Positions 26,382-29,590 of a stretch of 29,590 nt of DNA are shown here, one piece after another. This DNA is from Candidatus Hodarchaeum mangrovi. GTDB lineage: Archaea; Asgardarchaeota; Heimdallarchaeia; Hodarchaeales; Hodarchaeaceae. Under the pieces are notes generated by a model that made no database searches, was not told where the DNA came from, and saw only the letters and a list, made by a program, of their open reading frames with translations. The position numbers and the translations under genes are program-made. Location of the stretch: contig JAEOUE010000149.1 of NCBI GenBank assembly GCA_016839515.1, positions 1 through 29,590 of the forward strand, written 5' to 3'. Every line of letters begins with the position of its first letter. The stretch's first letter is position 1.

Positions 26382-27728
26382 ATGTCGTTTGTTAATGAAT
26401 TGTTTGAGCGCTTAAAGGCCTCTACAACCGCTAATGAGTTACAAGACGCCTTAACAGCTTTAAAATCTCTTCAAAGCTCTGAAGAGCGTCAGAAGGCCTC
26501 AATTGAAACTCTAACTCTTATCCAAAAATTTGCTGCTGAATTAATTGGTAGAGGTCAATATAAAAACGCTGCTTATCAATATTTCTCTGGTTTTCAGGTT
26601 GTTCGCCAATTTTTACCAGATACTGAAAAAGAAAACCAATGGTTAAAGCTTTCAGCAGATGCTTTAGCTAAAGCTTCACATGAACATATTCAATGGGATG
26701 ACTTATTAGGAGGTGCTGCATGTATGTCAATATCTTCCCTTTTGCGCCTCCAAACTGGGGATTGGAATGTAAATCAACACCTAGATCAGTTTGTCAAAAC
26801 CTATGATTTTTCAACAAATCAAGCAGCAGCAGCATGTTTATACATTCCTTATGATTTAGTTGGGGCTATCAATCCTCAAAATCCTAATCCAAGCCTTCTC
26901 CAGCGAGCTTCTAATTATACAGAAAGTTATTTAATGAACACAAAACCTGCAACAATGTTTCAGGATGGCATCAAAAGAGCGATAGAAATTACTCAACAAA
27001 AATTAATGGAATTCGTTAAGTTTCCAAAGATTCGTGCTATTTATGAATTCCATCATGATATAATCTTTGGAGAAAAATTTGATTTTATTGTTAATATTGA
27101 AAATATGGGAGATGGCGGGGCTTCTCAAGTAAACGTGAAAATAAAAATTCCTGATTCAGTTAAAATCGTCTCCGGATCAGAATTTTTAACAGTAGTAAAC
27201 CTTAATCCTAAAGAAAACACTACAACACAATTTTCATTAATCTGCCCCTCTGGAGAAGGAAAAGAAGAAATCACATTAGAAATCCCAGTATTTGTTGAGT
27301 ATCAGGATATACTAATGAACAAAAATTCCCTTTCTTTAGGTTCAGCAGCAATCATTATACGATCAGAGAAGAAAGGAGACAAATTACAATCTCAATTAGA
27401 AGCTGTTACTAATAACATACTTAAAATTCTCTCTACATTGCTGCCAAATCGTTCTCAAGATACTGGTAGAATTATTGATGGTTTTGAGAATATCATAAAA
27501 AATTCCAGAACAACCTCTGCAGATCACCTTGAAAAGGGTGAATTTTCTGCAGGGGAAGCAGGCATCGAACAGCTTTCCAAACTTGAAGGCTTTGCACAGC
27601 CATTAGTCGAATTTCTAAGAGGTTATGATGAAAATTCACAATTAATAAATGAAAATATAAGTATAATTAGGGAAACAGCAAACAATTTGACCAATTCTTT
27701 ACAAAAGATTAATGATAGATTATCTTAA
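26382..27728 (+). CDS. Hypothetical protein: helical-repeat N-terminus + CARDB/Ig-like domain + helical C-terminus
   Basis: TPR/SNAP-like helices (GQYKNAAYQY, DDLLGGAAC); GEKFDFIVNIENMGDGGASQVNVKIKIP...LNPKE....FSL Ig/CARDB pattern; no signal peptide. Confidence 0.7.
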   Translation: MSFVNELFERLKASTTANELQDALTALKSLQSSEERQKASIETLTLIQKFAAELIGRGQYKNAAYQYFSGFQVVRQFLPDTEKENQWLKLSADALAKASHEHIQWDDLLGGAACMSISSLLRLQTGDWNVNQHLDQFVKTYDFSTNQAAAACLYIPYDLVGAINPQNPNPSLLQRASNYTESYLMNTKPATMFQDGIKRAIEITQQKLMEFVKFPKIRAIYEFHHDIIFGEKFDFIVNIENMGDGGASQVNVKIKIPDSVKIVSGSEFLTVVNLNPKENTTTQFSLICPSGEGKEEITLEIPVFVEYQDILMNKNSLSLGSAAIIIRSEKKGDKLQSQLEAVTNNILKILSTLLPNRSQDTGRIIDGFENIIKNSRTTSADHLEKGEFSAGEAGIEQLSKLEGFAQPLVEFLRGYDENSQLINENISIIRETANNLTNSLQKINDRLS

Positions 27729-27735
27729 GGGGAAT

Positions 27736-28995
27736 TTAATCAAAAATTCCCCTCAAAAAACTTTTAAGAAGATAAGGGGAGATTTTTAAACTTTTTTTAA
27801 TTGTAATTGGTTTCAATGAGTACTTTAAGATTTCTTTTCCATGTAGGTCGATATTTGAGACTTTTTGCAAATTTTCTTCTAAATTTGTTTCTCCCGCTAT
27901 CTTGAAGAGCTGTTCTAATACAGGGTCAGAAGTAAAGGAAAGAGTTCTCCTGATTAACTTCATAAGTGTTAGATCTGGTTCAAAATAAGCTCTCCAAGCT
28001 TTTTGATACTCTTGCATTATTGAAGAGGAAGTTTTATTCTGAGTAATTGCTTTAGCTGCAGTTTTTCCAGCTAAGTATCCGCAATAAGATCCAATGTTGA
28101 ACCCACCTCCCGTTGTAGCTTTTGTTTGGCCTGCAGCATCTCCAACAACTAAAAAACCATCCGAAAAAGTTTTATTAATAGGCCCGCTGGCTGGAACAAA
28201 TCCTCCCCATGAATTAAGTACCTTTGCTCGTTTTAATTTAGGGGAAAGGATCGGATGCTTATGAATAAGATAGTTTAATTGCGCACGAGTGTTGTTAGCT
28301 AATAATGGATGAATAGCTAATCCAATCCGAGCTTGGGCGTCATTAATTGGAATAAGCCACGCAAAAAATCCTGGAGCGTATTTTTGTCCCATATATATTT
28401 CTACAGTTGATTGCTCAATGTCATCAATATTACTCATTTCATATTGGAGAGCAGGAAAAAACCAATTTCCTGAGGGTATTGAGAGACCAATTTGTTGAGG
28501 AAGTTTAGGGTGATGACCTTCAGCAGAAATAATAATTTTCGTTTGAATTTTAAAAGAATTAGAATTTTCTATTAAACCAGAAACTATATAACCCTGTTTA
28601 TTTGTTAAGTGTGATATATTTTTAACTTTATGTCTATAAAAAAAAGATGTTCCAAGCTTTTGAGCCTGTTTTGCAAGAAGATAGTCAAGTTTAGGCCTAT
28701 CTACTACAAATAATTCTTTCTTTTTTCTATTAACGATTAATGAGTTCCCTAAAGGAGAAACAAATTCTGCTGCATTTATTCGATTAATATCAGTTTTATT
28801 CTCTAAGGATTTTACTAATCTTAAGTTTGTTAATCCAGATATACCTATTAAGCCAGAACAGTGCGGTGGTGAACCACTCTTCTCTCTTTGTTCTAACAAA
28901 ATTAAATTTGAATTTTTTAAAATACTACCAAGAGAAATACTTGCAAATGATCCACTAGGTCCCCCTCCAACAATTACAACATCAGCTGATTTCAA
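27736..28995 (-). CDS. Geranylgeranyl reductase family FAD-dependent oxidoreductase
   Basis: DVVIVGGGPSGS, CSGL, VDRPKLD, APGFFAWLIP, VGDAAGQTKATTGGG; TTG start. Confidence 0.92.
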   Translation of the reverse strand: MKSADVVIVGGGPSGSFASISLGSILKNSNLILLEQREKSGSPPHCSGLIGISGLTNLRLVKSLENKTDINRINAAEFVSPLGNSLIVNRKKKELFVVDRPKLDYLLAKQAQKLGTSFFYRHKVKNISHLTNKQGYIVSGLIENSNSFKIQTKIIISAEGHHPKLPQQIGLSIPSGNWFFPALQYEMSNIDDIEQSTVEIYMGQKYAPGFFAWLIPINDAQARIGLAIHPLLANNTRAQLNYLIHKHPILSPKLKRAKVLNSWGGFVPASGPINKTFSDGFLVVGDAAGQTKATTGGGFNIGSYCGYLAGKTAAKAITQNKTSSSIMQEYQKAWRAYFEPDLTLMKLIRRTLSFTSDPVLEQLFKIAGETNLEENLQKVSNIDLHGKEILKYSLKPITIKKSLKISPYLLKSFLRGIFD

Positions 28996-29043
28996 AACGA
29001 TTTACCATCAAATAATATTACTCAAAAAAAAGAGAAAAAGAGG

Positions 29044-29590
29044 TTAAATCCTCTTAAGATAGAGTAAAAAGGAGATAAACCTTCTTTGATCGTCTAAGAA
29101 TACGCTGTTTTTGATGAATAGGAATTCATCACTCCTTTTCAATGGATTAATTACTGAGTCTTCACTCGAAATGGAGTCTAAACTTCCTCCTCCACCTCCA
29201 CCGAGTGCTCTTAGTCTAATATTTGTTATTCTACTATTATGAGAATTATCTCCCCAAGAGAATATTCCTCTTGTTCTATCTTGTGGCCATCCTCTGTAAT
29301 CTCTTTCGGTATAATAATTCACTGACCATGAAGTACTAAGGAGTTTTACTGCACCTAGTTGTTCAGTAGAAAATTCAACAGGACCATAAGTTGATGACCC
29401 AATTTGCATATAGACTCTAATGACTAGAGCATCAGTTTCTGCAAGATCGGTTTCTGTAGGTGCCCAAGAGGCAGATTGAATTCCTACTCCATCACTGGAT
29501 CGTTGAACTGTGGCAACTAGTCCAGAAGTTAATTCCGTTTCTGACGAATCAATATGTCTTATCCAAACCCGAATACCCCATGTGACAGTA
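29044..29590 (-). CDS. C-terminal part of a beta-rich, probably surface/extracellular protein (starts outside the window)
   Basis: The frame stays open upstream of the track's Met to the window end: ...TVTWGIRVWIRHIDSSETELTSGLVATVQRSSDGVGIQSASWAPTETDLAETDALVIRVYMQIG...; Ser/Thr/Trp-rich with a GGGGG stretch. Confidence 0.7.
   Translation of the reverse strand, partial: TVTWGIRVWIRHIDSSETELTSGLVATVQRSSDGVGIQSASWAPTETDLAETDALVIRVYMQIGSSTYGPVEFSTEQLGAVKLLSTSWSVNYYTERDYRGWPQDRTRGIFSWGDNSHNSRITNIRLRALGGGGGGSLDSISSEDSVINPLKRSDEFLFIKNSVFLDDQRRFISFLLYLKRI

Overview
AT-rich archaeal window, very probably from an Asgard archaeon (Heimdallarchaeia/Hodarchaeales-like). This is an inference from archaeal housekeeping genes (aTrm56, Elp3, Dph6, geranylgeranyl reductase, AglH, class III-signal pilin) occurring alongside eukaryotic-signature proteins. 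The left half is mostly ordinary: a partial zinc-ribbon gene, tRNA-Ala(GGC), a four-subunit 2-oxoacid:ferredoxin oxidoreductase operon, elp3, a sugar-nucleotide/N-glycosylation group, nadA-nadC, dph6 and a pilin. From about 12.8 kb to 27.7 kb there is a dense cluster of cytoskeleton/trafficking-like genes. It contains an apparent operon gelsolin-domain protein / Rab-like GTPase / MglA-like GTPase / sua5 / longin(-DENN-like) protein; a divergent helical protein that aligns by eye with eukaryotic Get4/TRC35; a second Rab-like GTPase; a TrmB-wHTH + long coiled-coil + PLD-like protein facing two uncharacterised proteins; and a helical-solenoid + Ig-like protein. A candidate K-turn-containing structured RNA lies at about 12865-12954. 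No CRISPR array, rRNA or mobile element was seen. All homology calls are by eye from remembered motifs; no searches were run.
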